In this document: positions 27,123 to 35,995 of the stretch, piece by piece
Layout of the letters: every line of letters starts with the position of its first letter
Numbering within the stretch: position 1 is the stretch's first letter
Origin: an uncultured Bacillales bacterium
GTDB lineage: Bacteria > Bacillota_I > Bacilli_A > RF39 > UBA660
Assembly (NCBI GenBank): GCA_947564265.1
Contig: CANOBK010000004.1
Coordinates: 69,583-133,582 of the forward strand
Length of the DNA stretch: 64,000 bases
Reading direction: 5' to 3'
Notes under the pieces: model-generated
Told to the model about the DNA's origin: nothing
Databases searched by the model: none
Seen by the model: the letters and a program-made list of their open reading frames with translations, nothing else
Program-made: the position numbers and the translations under genes

Positions 27123-27979
27123 TGGAAAATATATTAGAAGTAAAAAATTTATCTAAAAAGTATACAGGTTTTGAATTAAAAAATATTAGTTTTGAATTAC
27201 CAAAAGGAATGATTATGGGTTTTATTGGCGAAAATGGAGCAGGAAAAACTACGACAATTAAAGCAATTTTAGACATAATTAAGAATTATACTGGTGAAAT
27301 TAAAGTATTTGGTCTTGATAACAGAAAAGATGATAAGAAAATAAAAGAAGATGTTGGTGTAGTATTAGATGATATGTTCTTTCCAGAAATCCTAATACCA
27401 AATGATATAAATAGCATTATGAAAGATACCTATAAAAATTGGGATTCTAATCTTTACTTTAAGTATTTATCAGATTTTGATTTACCTAAAAATAAACAAA
27501 TAAAAACCTTTTCTAAAGGTATGAGAAAAAAATTGGAAATAGCCACAGCTCTTTCACACCATCCAAAATTGTTGATTCTTGATGAGCCGACAAGTGGACT
27601 TGATCCGATTGCTCGTAATGAAGTAATAGATATTTTTCAAGACTTTATTCAAAATGAAGAATGTTCCATTCTTTTATCAAGCCATATTACAACAGATTTG
27701 GAACACATTGCAGATTATATAACTTTTATTAATAATGGCGAAATACTGTTGCAAAAAACTTGTGATGAATTATTAGGAAAATATGGAATTGTAAAATGTA
27801 CAGAATCAGAATTTAAAAAGATGGATAAAAGTGATTTTATTAAATATAGGAAAACTAAATATGAATATGAAGTATTGGTAGAAAATAAAAAAGAATTTAG
27901 TAAAAAATATGGTAATAATACAATAGATAAGATAACACTTGAGGATCTTATGGTATTAATGATTAAAGGGGTGAAATAA
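27122..27979 (+). CDS. ABC transporter ATP-binding protein
   Basis: Walker A GENGAGKTT, signature FSKGMRKK, Walker B LLILDEPTSGLD. Confidence 0.9.
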   Translation: MENILEVKNLSKKYTGFELKNISFELPKGMIMGFIGENGAGKTTTIKAILDIIKNYTGEIKVFGLDNRKDDKKIKEDVGVVLDDMFFPEILIPNDINSIMKDTYKNWDSNLYFKYLSDFDLPKNKQIKTFSKGMRKKLEIATALSHHPKLLILDEPTSGLDPIARNEVIDIFQDFIQNEECSILLSSHITTDLEHIADYITFINNGEILLQKTCDELLGKYGIVKCTESEFKKMDKSDFIKYRKTKYEYEVLVENKKEFSKKYGNNTIDKITLEDLMVLMIKGVK

Positions 27980-28611
27980 TGTTAGGGTTAATAAAAAAAG
28001 ATTTATTGATGATTAAAAGTAATTTGAAGATTTTAGTAATTTTATTGTTTGTATATGGGTTTATGACTTATCAAGGTGAAATGAGTTTATTATTTGTATT
28101 ACCATTTATGAGCGTAATGATAATGATTTCAACTTTTAGCTATGATACTTATAATAAATGGGATGCTTATGTTTGTTCCTTACCAGATGGAAGAAAAAAT
28201 AGTGTTAGAGCAAAGTATTTAGCTACTATTCTATTAATTATTGCAACTACAATAATTATAACAATACTTTCAGTAGTAATTTCTTATATTCAAACTAAGG
28301 TAATAGATTTTGAAAATATTTTTTCTACAATATTTGGAGCTGTTTTTGCTACTGCTTTACTACAATCTTTTATGTATCCATCAATTTATAAGTTTGGTGT
28401 AGAAAAAGCAAGAATTGGAATATTTATAGTAGTATTTGGAGGTGCTATTATTTGTGGTATTATTTCTCAATTTGTTGATTTTAAACCACTACTTCAAGCA
28501 TTAGATATTCTAGAAAATTATTGGATGATTATATTTCCACTAGCTATTATAGTAATATTATACTTATCTTATAAAATATCTGGGTGTATATATAAGAAAA
28601 AGGAATATTAA
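27979..28611 (+). CDS. ABC-2 type transporter permease
   Basis: About 6 TM segments; TAATG coupling to the ATPase gene. Confidence 0.75.
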   Translation: MLGLIKKDLLMIKSNLKILVILLFVYGFMTYQGEMSLLFVLPFMSVMIMISTFSYDTYNKWDAYVCSLPDGRKNSVRAKYLATILLIIATTIIITILSVVISYIQTKVIDFENIFSTIFGAVFATALLQSFMYPSIYKFGVEKARIGIFIVVFGGAIICGIISQFVDFKPLLQALDILENYWMIIFPLAIIVILYLSYKISGCIYKKKEY

Positions 28612-28629
28612 CATAGGAGAATAATAGAT

Positions 28630-28695
28630 ATGAATGAAAAAAATGTGAAAAATATACCTAATGGACTGTCTTTTGAATATAAGTGGAACAATTAA
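28630..28695 (+). CDS. possible 21-aa ORF (MNEKNVKNIPNGLSFEYKWNN)
   Basis: RBS TAGGAG 8 nt upstream; stop codon abuts junction box copy M; may be a remnant. Confidence 0.25.
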   Translation: MNEKNVKNIPNGLSFEYKWNN

Positions 28696-28714
28696 ATAAA
28701 TAACAATTTAACGA
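28693..28714 (+). repeat. cassette-junction box only (copy M, A/I subfamily)
   Basis: TAAATAAATAACAATTTAACGA resembles TAAATTACAATTTAACGA of copies A and I; no hairpin. Confidence 0.55.
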
Positions 28715-28728
28715 TTAGAGGTGCAATT

Positions 28729-29178
28729 ATGGATTATGATAAATTAGAAATTGAAACGGTTTTTAAAGATGGAAATATGATTCCAATAGAATATACTGGA
28801 TATGGAAAAAATATATCTCCAGAATTTAAAATTAAAAATCTATCACCTAATGCAAAAAGTCTAGTAATAATATTAGAAGATCTAAGCCATCCAATTAAGA
28901 ATTTTACACATTGGATTGCTTGGAACATAAAAGCAGAATCTATAATTCCAGAAAATGTTGGTAACATGAACAATGTGATACAGGGAATTGCTTATGGATT
29001 TCATAAGTATGCAGGAGCAAAACCTCCAATATTCCAAAAACACTATTATAGATATACGATATGTTCATTAGATGATACTTTAAACTTATCATCTAATAGT
29101 ATGAAAAAGAAGTTATTAAAAACAATAGAAGGGCATATTTTGCAAAAAGGAACTATTACTGGTTATTTTAAAAAATAA
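28729..29178 (+). CDS. PEBP (YbhB/YbcL) family protein
   Basis: SPEFKIKNLSPNAKSLVIILEDLS...HWIAWNI...HYYRYTICSLD follows the PEBP pattern. Confidence 0.7.
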   Translation: MDYDKLEIETVFKDGNMIPIEYTGYGKNISPEFKIKNLSPNAKSLVIILEDLSHPIKNFTHWIAWNIKAESIIPENVGNMNNVIQGIAYGFHKYAGAKPPIFQKHYYRYTICSLDDTLNLSSNSMKKKLLKTIEGHILQKGTITGYFKK

Positions 29179-29235
29179 ATAAATTACAATTTAACGAGCA
29201 GACTTATCTTGTTTGCTTTTTTTTATGCTATAATT
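29179..29235 (+). repeat. cassette-junction module copy I
   Basis: ATAAATTACAATTTAACGAGCAGACT, hairpin AGCAGAC/GTTTGCT, T8, extended -10 TGCTATAAT; 25 nt identical to copy A. Confidence 0.85.
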
Positions 29236-29271
29236 AAAATAATATATATCAACTTGAATGGGGGAAATTAA

Positions 29272-30605
29272 ATGGAACAGCAATCATTATTCGAAAATAT
29301 ATTGAATGAGCCTTTGGCTTCAAGAATGCGACCAAGAACTTTAGAAGAATTTGTTGGACAACAACATTTGATAGGGGAAAATAAGATTTTAAGAAAAATT
29401 ATTGAAAGTGATCATGTTTCCTCTATGATATTTTGGGGTCCTCCTGGTGTAGGAAAAACAACTCTTGCTAAAATTATCGCTACTCAAACGGAATCAGAAT
29501 TTATTACGTTTTCAGCTGTAACAGCAGGAATTAAAGAAATAAAAAAGTAATGGAGGATGCAGATTATAATAAAAAATTAGGAATCAAGACAATTGTGTTT
29601 GTAGATGAAATTCATAGATTCAATAAGGCACAACAAGATGCCTTTTTACCATTTGTTGAAAAAGGTTCTATTGTTTTGATAGGAGCAACAACAGAAAATC
29701 CATCTTTTGAAGTAAATAATGCTTTACTTTCAAGATGTAGAGTATTTGTTTTAAAAGAATTATCCAGTGATGATATTTTGATTTTACTTAAAAGAGCTAT
29801 TAAAGATAAAAGGGGCTTTGGAAATGAAACAATCAATATTGGTGAGGAAGATTTAAAAATCATTGCTGAATTTGCGAATGGAGATGCAAGAAGTGCTTTG
29901 ACAACTCTTGACATGATTTTAATAAATGGGGATAGTGATAAAGATGGGAAAATCAATATTTCTAAAAATACAATAGAAGAATGCTTAACCAAGAAGACTT
30001 TACTTTACGATAAAAACGGAGAAGAACACTATAATATTATTTCGGCGCTTCATAAATCTATGAGAAATAGTGATCCAGATGCTGCTGTTTACTGGTTAGC
30101 AAGAATGTTAGAGGCTGGAGAAGACCCTATTTATATTGCGAGGAGAATTACCAGGTTTGCTTCAGAAGATATCGGCCTTGCTGATACGAACGCTTTAAAT
30201 GTAGCAATTAATGTGTATCATGCCTGTCATTTTATAGGAATGCCAGAGTGTAATGTTCATTTAACAGAGGCAGTTATCTATATGTCTTTAGCCCCTAAAT
30301 CCAATTCTTGCGATATTGCTTATCAGTTAGCTTCAAAAGACGCTAAAGAAATGTTATCAGAACCTGTTCCACTAGTAATTAGGAATGCTCCAACGAGACT
30401 TATGAAAGAGCTAAATTATGGAAAAGGTTATCAATTCGCCCATGATACGAAAGAGAAATTGACTACAATGGATTGTTTGCCATCCTCTTTACTTGGAAAA
30501 ATATATTACTATCCTGGCATTCAAGGAAATGAAATTAGATTTAAAGAAAGATTAGAACAAATCAAAAAATGGAAGCAAACAAATAAAAAGGAAGAGGAAA
30601 AATAA
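29272..30605 (+). pseudogene. rarA: replication-associated recombination protein A (AAA+), split by a -1 frame change at an A6 run
   Basis: ORF1 carries Walker A GPPGVGKTT and ends IKEIKK-TAA (29548-29550); ORF2 starts in TAATG and carries Walker B VFVDEIHRFNK and the MgsA C-terminal domain; one extra A restores KEIKKVMEDA. Confidence 0.85.
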
Positions 30606-30628
30606 GATATTGGGAGCGAAAGGAAATC

Positions 30629-31090
30629 ATGAAGAAAGTAATTTTAATCGTATTATGCATTTTACTGTGTGGGTGTCAGAAAGATTTAGATACTAAGATA
30701 GATACTGGAGTAGATAAGGAGGTTCCTATGGAAAAAAATGAATTAAAAATTAGTTTAACAATTCGTAATGAAACGTTGATGGCTACTTTAGAAGATAACG
30801 AAACAGCAAAAAAATTTGCTGAACAATTACCTATTTCTATATCAATGAGTGAACTAAATGGAAATGAAAAATATTATTATTTTAATACTTCTTTTCCTAA
30901 TCATCCTACCCAAGTAAATAGGATAAATTCAGGAGATCTGATGTTATTTGGTAGTGACTGTTTCGTTTTGTTTTATGATGACTTTGATACAAATTATAGT
31001 TATACAAGAATTGGAACAATCGATCATCCAGATAGAATTAAAGAGATTGTTGGAACTGGAGATGTAGAGGTTTTTATTTCTAAAGAATAA
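30629..31090 (+). CDS. lipoprotein with cyclophilin-like domain
   Basis: Lipobox LLCGC; LTIRNETLMATLEDNETAKKFAEQLP...GDLMLFGSDCFVLFYDDF matches the cyclophilin-like family pattern. Confidence 0.6.
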   Translation: MKKVILIVLCILLCGCQKDLDTKIDTGVDKEVPMEKNELKISLTIRNETLMATLEDNETAKKFAEQLPISISMSELNGNEKYYYFNTSFPNHPTQVNRINSGDLMLFGSDCFVLFYDDFDTNYSYTRIGTIDHPDRIKEIVGTGDVEVFISKE

Positions 31091-31140
31091 ATTTACAATC
31101 GAAAATAGGATGGATAAGTAGTCGAAAGAGGAGAAAAAAT

Positions 31141-32178
31141 ATGAGAAAGCAGTATTTAGATAATATAAAAACAATTGCAATTTTACTTTTGTTTCCTTAC
31201 CATACTTTTATGATCTGGAATAATTTTGGTACAAAATTTTATATATGGGGTGGAGAGAATGATTTTCTAAGTTCTTTGATTGTACTAGTCAGTCCATGGC
31301 TTATGCCTGTTTTATTTGTTATTGCTGGTATATCAGCAAGATATTCCTTAGCGAAGAGGACGACTAAAGAATTTATCAAAGAACGGATTTGGAAATTACT
31401 ACTCCCTTTTTTGAGTGGACTCCTCTTCCTTGTTCCTTTTCAAACACTGTATGCACGTAAGTTCTTTTTTGATTATCATGGTGGAATTTTAGAGAATTTT
31501 AAATACTTTTTTACTCATTTTTCGGATTTCAATGGCTATGATGGAATGTTTACGTTAGGTCATTTATGGTTTTTATTTTATTTGTTTTTAATCTCTATTT
31601 TAACATTCCCATTGTTAAGAAAACAAGTTTCTAAAAAATGGGGGAGTAAAATCAATCTCATTTCAATGATATTACTGTTTATTCCAATATTTCTTGTTTA
31701 TCCTATTGGGAATTTTGGAGGACAAAGTGTGGGAAAATATTTATTATTATATCTAATAGGGTATTATTTATTTCAGGATTCAGTGGTAGAAAAATTAATC
31801 AGTGGAAAGTTTTTTATTTTATTACTCTTTTTTGTTTCTGAAGCAATCTTAGTAGTCCTATATTTTAAGTATCGTTATTATGGGGATTTATTGGTAAATT
31901 TTGTTGGTTGGCTAGGAGTACTATCTTGTATTATTTTGGGAAGATTATTTTTAAATAAAGAAAATAGAATTACTCATTATTTTAAGAATGCCTCTTTTTC
32001 CATCTATCTTCTTCATCAAACTATTTTAATATTTATTGGTTATTATTCTCTTCGATTTATCAATCATCTTATTTTACAAATATTCATTATTCTTTGTACT
32101 AGTTTTTTAGTGACAATCCTATTTTATGAGATTTTTAGGAGGACTCCTGTGATAAAGCGAATCCTAGGAATTCATTGA
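31141..32178 (+). CDS. acyltransferase family 3 membrane protein
   Basis: About 10 TM segments; N-terminus YLDNIKTIAILLLFPYHTF typical of Acyl_transf_3. Confidence 0.75.
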   Translation: MRKQYLDNIKTIAILLLFPYHTFMIWNNFGTKFYIWGGENDFLSSLIVLVSPWLMPVLFVIAGISARYSLAKRTTKEFIKERIWKLLLPFLSGLLFLVPFQTLYARKFFFDYHGGILENFKYFFTHFSDFNGYDGMFTLGHLWFLFYLFLISILTFPLLRKQVSKKWGSKINLISMILLFIPIFLVYPIGNFGGQSVGKYLLLYLIGYYLFQDSVVEKLISGKFFILLLFFVSEAILVVLYFKYRYYGDLLVNFVGWLGVLSCIILGRLFLNKENRITHYFKNASFSIYLLHQTILIFIGYYSLRFINHLILQIFIILCTSFLVTILFYEIFRRTPVIKRILGIH

Positions 32179-32192
32179 ATTTTTCTCTATCA

Positions 32193-32237
32193 GGCAAATC
32201 GAAGATTTTAGTCGATTTGTCTTTTTCATGTTATAAT
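32193..32237 (+). terminator. terminator fused to extended -10 promoter
   Basis: CAAATCGA/TCGATTTG perfect 8-bp stem, CTTTTT, then TGTTATAAT (32229-32237). Confidence 0.7.
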
Positions 32238-32279
32238 TATACATAGATAAGAATTTAATCATTCATTGGAGGTTTAAAA

Positions 32280-32618
32280 ATGAAAGTAATTACTGTTTGT
32301 GGAAGCTTAAAGTATAAAGAGGAAATGATGGATTCTGCAATGATGCTAGAACTAGCAGGAAATGTTGTTTTAATTCCTATTTTTCCAATCAGTCATGATA
32401 CAAGTTATCTGTCAGAGGAAGATTTTCAAATTCTAGGTAATATGCATAAAGAAAAAATAAGATTATCTGATGCTATTTTTGTTGTAGATGTAGATGGATA
32501 TATAGGAAATAGTACGAAGAGTGAAATTGCATTTGCTAAAAAGTTACACAAAGAAATTCTTTATTATAGTGATTTCAAAAAAGAAGATTCTACGATTTTA
32601 GCCGAAGAAATCAATTAG
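32280..32618 (+). CDS. small Rossmann-like protein (nucleoside 2-deoxyribosyltransferase-like)
   Basis: MKVITVCGSLKY...SDAIFVVDVDGYIGNSTKSEIAFAKKLHKEI follows the pattern of that superfamily; assignment from memory only. Confidence 0.4.
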   Translation: MKVITVCGSLKYKEEMMDSAMMLELAGNVVLIPIFPISHDTSYLSEEDFQILGNMHKEKIRLSDAIFVVDVDGYIGNSTKSEIAFAKKLHKEILYYSDFKKEDSTILAEEIN

Positions 32619-32688
32619 AACTTATATTTGTAATTGTAATCGTTTTTAATTTATGTTAATTTAAATGAAAGAGAGTGAGGAAGTAGAT

Positions 32689-33597
32689 ATGAAAAGTTTT
32701 TGTAGAGGGATACTTACTGTATTCATAACGATTGCCTTAATTGGGCTTGGGGTTTCTTTTGGTTTAAAGGGAATGCTAATAGATACTGCAGATACTTTAA
32801 TCAAAAAAGAAGTAAAAAATAGTATTGTAGATGTTGTGGAAGATTATACGAATGATTCTATTTCAGAAGAAGTAATCCGTGAAGTGGAAAATACGATTGA
32901 AAATAATGAAGAAATCAAAAAGATTGTAGATGCCTATTATCGTAGTATCTTAGATGTTTTAAGTGATAAAGAAACAGAATTAAATATCAATGTTACGGAA
33001 GAATTAACTGGATTAATCGATGAGGGAGAAAAGGTATTAAAAGACTATGGAATTGAAATCACGCCAGAGGAAAAACAAGAGTTATTATCTATTGTGTCAT
33101 CAGAAGAGTTGAATGATTTAGCAAGTTCAGCGATTACTGAAGCAAAGCAAAATATGACTAGTGAAACAAAAATGATTTTGGATGTTTATCAATTTTTAAC
33201 AAGCTCAGAACTTAAGATAATATTAATTTTATCTATTGTTGTTTTCTTATTGTTCATCGCATTACTGAAGAAGAGCGTTTATCAGTGGTTCTCTAATTTC
33301 GCTATTGCCGCTATTTCATCTGGAATCGTGATAGGAATTTTATTTCCTTTCCTAGTTGATAGCGCACTAAAATTATTAGAAGAAGAAAGTCTTAACTTGT
33401 CTCTAAGCTCTTTCACTACGTATGGATATATTCTGATTGGTTTAGGAATTCTTTCTATTATTGTTAATCTAGTAGCTTCTAATCTATTAAAAAAGGATTC
33501 AGCAAAAGTTAAAAAAAGTCATAAGAAAAAAGAAAAAGAATTAGAGAAAAGTAATTCGGAAGAACAATCTAATGAAGACGATGAAGAAGAAATTTAG
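32689..33597 (+). CDS. multi-pass membrane protein with acidic tail
   Basis: ATG 32689 after GAGTGAGGAAG; N-terminal TM, acidic coiled region, 3-4 C-terminal TM segments, KKKEKE/DDEEE tail. Confidence 0.6.
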   Translation: MKSFCRGILTVFITIALIGLGVSFGLKGMLIDTADTLIKKEVKNSIVDVVEDYTNDSISEEVIREVENTIENNEEIKKIVDAYYRSILDVLSDKETELNINVTEELTGLIDEGEKVLKDYGIEITPEEKQELLSIVSSEELNDLASSAITEAKQNMTSETKMILDVYQFLTSSELKIILILSIVVFLLFIALLKKSVYQWFSNFAIAAISSGIVIGILFPFLVDSALKLLEEESLNLSLSSFTTYGYILIGLGILSIIVNLVASNLLKKDSAKVKKSHKKKEKELEKSNSEEQSNEDDEEEI

Positions 33598-33611
33598 AAA
33601 GGGGAATGATC

Positions 33612-33887
33612 ATGTATTTAGTTATTAAAATTTTAATTATAGTACTTTGTTTTGGTGGTATTCTTTATTTAGTTAGAATGAATACAAAATATAAAAATGA
33701 TACTTCTTCTTCCAAAGATGATATTATTAATTACTTTGAACAACAACAAGCAATTAGCGTAGAGTCAGGAATTAAAACAAAAGATTTGCCAATTTCTATT
33801 GCCAAAAATCCTTATCTTTTAATGATGGTAAAGGATCAAACCCTTTTATTTAAAAAAGGAAAATATTATTTAAATAAGGAAAAATAG
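33612..33887 (+). CDS. small membrane-anchored protein
   Basis: N-terminal TM LVIKILIIVLCFGGILYLV; RBS AAAGGGGA. Confidence 0.5.
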   Translation: MYLVIKILIIVLCFGGILYLVRMNTKYKNDTSSSKDDIINYFEQQQAISVESGIKTKDLPISIAKNPYLLMMVKDQTLLFKKGKYYLNKEK

Positions 33888-33906
33888 AGAATAGGAGGAT
33901 GGTCGT

Positions 33907-34131
33907 ATGGAAAAGGAAAACCAGGAACTTACAATAGAAAAAAAGGAAGAAGATTCTCTCTCTTTAGGAATTTCACTTGGAGTGTGTTTTGGTATGGCAA
34001 TCGGAATAGCAGTTGGGATGGCAACCAATCATGTTGGTCCTTTTCTGTTTGTTGGACTCAGTATTGGATTGTGTTTTGGAATTCTTATGAAGACTTCTAT
34101 TAAATCATCGAAAGAAAAAAATAGCAAATGA
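33907..34131 (+). CDS. small two-TM Gly-rich membrane protein
   Basis: LGISLGVCFGMAIGIAVGMA and FLFVGLSIGLCFGILM; RBS AGGAGGA. Confidence 0.55.
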   Translation: MEKENQELTIEKKEEDSLSLGISLGVCFGMAIGIAVGMATNHVGPFLFVGLSIGLCFGILMKTSIKSSKEKNSK

Positions 34132-34383
34132 TTTTACTTTTAAGTAGAACATATATAGTATTTTAAAAAATTAACAGAATATAATATTCCACATGAATAT
34201 ATTGCTTTTTGAACATTTAGGATATGGATAATTCATTTGCCACAAAATTTGCGATAACTTCAAAAAAAATATATAAAGTCGACGAATTAGAGGAACAATC
34301 AGTATACTCGTTTTTTGAACATGAAGTTTCCTCATTTTCATGCTATAATAATTAATATAAAAAATTAAGAATAGAGGTTTGAA

Positions 34384-35244
34384 ATGAAGAAGAAAGAAAT
34401 TATATTATTAGGAATCGTAGTTTTAGGATTATTAGGGATTGTTTTGATTGCAAATCGTCCTGTTCAAACTGAGAAAACTTCTCAGGCTACAGAAGAAAAT
34501 TCAACGGGAACGGCTAACTATTTATTTGATTTAAAAACACCATATCTTGGAAATAATTCGGCAGTAGGAAGACTCTTAACCGTATTAGATATCGAAATGT
34601 ATGGACAGTATACGTTTGAGTTAAAGACTACGGAAGAGCCTTATGCATTAGTGATTCGCTATAATCTTATAGAGGGTTGGGGAAATATTTTAGATCATCC
34701 TTCTATTATTTTAGAAAAATCAGCACTTCTTTTAGCACTGATTGATAACGTAGAAGAAATTGATTGGATTCTTCCTGATAGTGAGGAAGTCCATAAAATA
34801 ACAGTATCTGACTTAGTGGAGCAGTTTGGAGATATCAAAGAATATGGAAAATCAGCCAAAAGTTTGAATCAACTTTTAATTCAATTAGATTATTTTGAAG
34901 AAACAGATCCAATTACAATGAAGGCGAAGAATATCAAGAATACGGAGATTACTTTAACGATAGAAAACCATACAGAAAATCAATATACCTATGGGGAAGC
35001 TTTTAGTGTTGAAACTTTCATTGATGGGACTTGGATCAGTGTAGAGGATACGCCAACTCATTTTACTGATATTGGGTATACATTAGATCCTAATCAAACA
35101 TCTGAAAAAACATACTCCTGGGAAATCAAACTACCTTCTGGAACATATCGAATTACAAAGGAATTTGATCAAATTTCTTTCAAATCGGAAGAGGCAATTG
35201 AATTTGGAAAAAAATATATTGTTTCTTTTGAATTTACTATCTAA
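34384..35244 (+). CDS. DUF4825-domain membrane-anchored protein with Ig-like C-terminal domain
   Basis: LKTPYLGNNSAVGRLL motif as in DUF4825; C-terminal beta-rich region ITLTIENHTENQYTYGEAFSVE. Confidence 0.55.
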   Translation: MKKKEIILLGIVVLGLLGIVLIANRPVQTEKTSQATEENSTGTANYLFDLKTPYLGNNSAVGRLLTVLDIEMYGQYTFELKTTEEPYALVIRYNLIEGWGNILDHPSIILEKSALLLALIDNVEEIDWILPDSEEVHKITVSDLVEQFGDIKEYGKSAKSLNQLLIQLDYFEETDPITMKAKNIKNTEITLTIENHTENQYTYGEAFSVETFIDGTWISVEDTPTHFTDIGYTLDPNQTSEKTYSWEIKLPSGTYRITKEFDQISFKSEEAIEFGKKYIVSFEFTI

Positions 35245-35271
35245 AATGAAATGTAGGAGGAAGCTTTCGCT

Positions 35272-35910
35272 ATGAAAAAAAAGTATAAGGAGTATCTTAC
35301 CAAGGATCATTCTTTTGACAAAATGACGATGTTAGGAATTTTATGTTTAATTACTGTAATTGCAGGAATTTTTGGATTTGTTTATGAATTTATTTTTTAT
35401 TATTTTAATGGTGGAATGAAAGAATTCTTTTGGAGGGGCGGTAATTTCCTTCCTTGGATTAATATCTATGCGATTGGATCTATCATTATCTATTTTCTTT
35501 CTTATCGTCATCGACAGAGTGTTTGGAAAGTCTTTCTAATCAGTGTGATTTCTAGTGGAATTGTAGAGTTAATTGGAGGACTTGGCTTATACGTGATTGG
35601 AGACGGCTTTCGTTGTTGGGATTATAATACAGAAATTTTGAATTTCGGAAATATTGGTGGTTTTGTTTGTTTAAGAAGTGTCTTATTTTTTGGAGTTTCT
35701 AGTCTATTATTAATCTATGGGATTGTTCCTTTATGTTTTTCTTTAGCTAAAAAAATGAATAAAAAAGCATTCTTGGCGATTAGCATTACTTTGTGTGCCA
35801 TTATCTTAATAGATGAATTTTATAATCTACTATTTGCAAGGTTATTCAATCTTCCAAGAGCTTCTGATATTTACAAAAAGATTGGATTTCATTATGTGGA
35901 TTTTAAATAA
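35272..35910 (+). CDS. polytopic membrane protein (putative ABC-transporter type IV, PF06541-like)
   Basis: Five to six TM segments; FGFVYEFIFYYFNGG...RGGNFLPWINIYAIGS. Confidence 0.5.
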   Translation: MKKKYKEYLTKDHSFDKMTMLGILCLITVIAGIFGFVYEFIFYYFNGGMKEFFWRGGNFLPWINIYAIGSIIIYFLSYRHRQSVWKVFLISVISSGIVELIGGLGLYVIGDGFRCWDYNTEILNFGNIGGFVCLRSVLFFGVSSLLLIYGIVPLCFSLAKKMNKKAFLAISITLCAIILIDEFYNLLFARLFNLPRASDIYKKIGFHYVDFK

Positions 35911-35995
35911 GAAATTGATTTTCATTTTTTTGAATTGTATCATATAACAAATTAATTGGATGAGATTAGTTATAATAATAAAGGAGGAGAGTAAT

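Noticed and set aside
12401-29235. Prophage, ICE or tRNA-targeted genomic island with an att duplication
   Set aside because: No integrase, relaxase, transposase or phage structural genes were seen. I could not find a copy of the tRNA 3' end (e.g. TTCGATCCCCCCTCTCGCTACCA) downstream by eye. Only the module direct repeat is reported.
12401-32642. Calling the array a classical integron with attC sites
   Set aside because: No intI-like integrase or attI is present in the window. The box does not match the GTTRRRY core. Hairpin imperfections are G-U on one strand only, which fits an RNA terminator better than a folded single-stranded DNA attC. It is kept as an analogy only.
34132-34383. Long (252 nt) intergenic region, checked for a small ORF or ncRNA
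   Set aside because: The apparent ATG ORF at 34224 terminates after ~22 codons once the A8 run is counted correctly. No convincing stem-loops or known RNA motif were recognised. Only a likely extended -10 (TGCTATAAT at ~34341) was seen.
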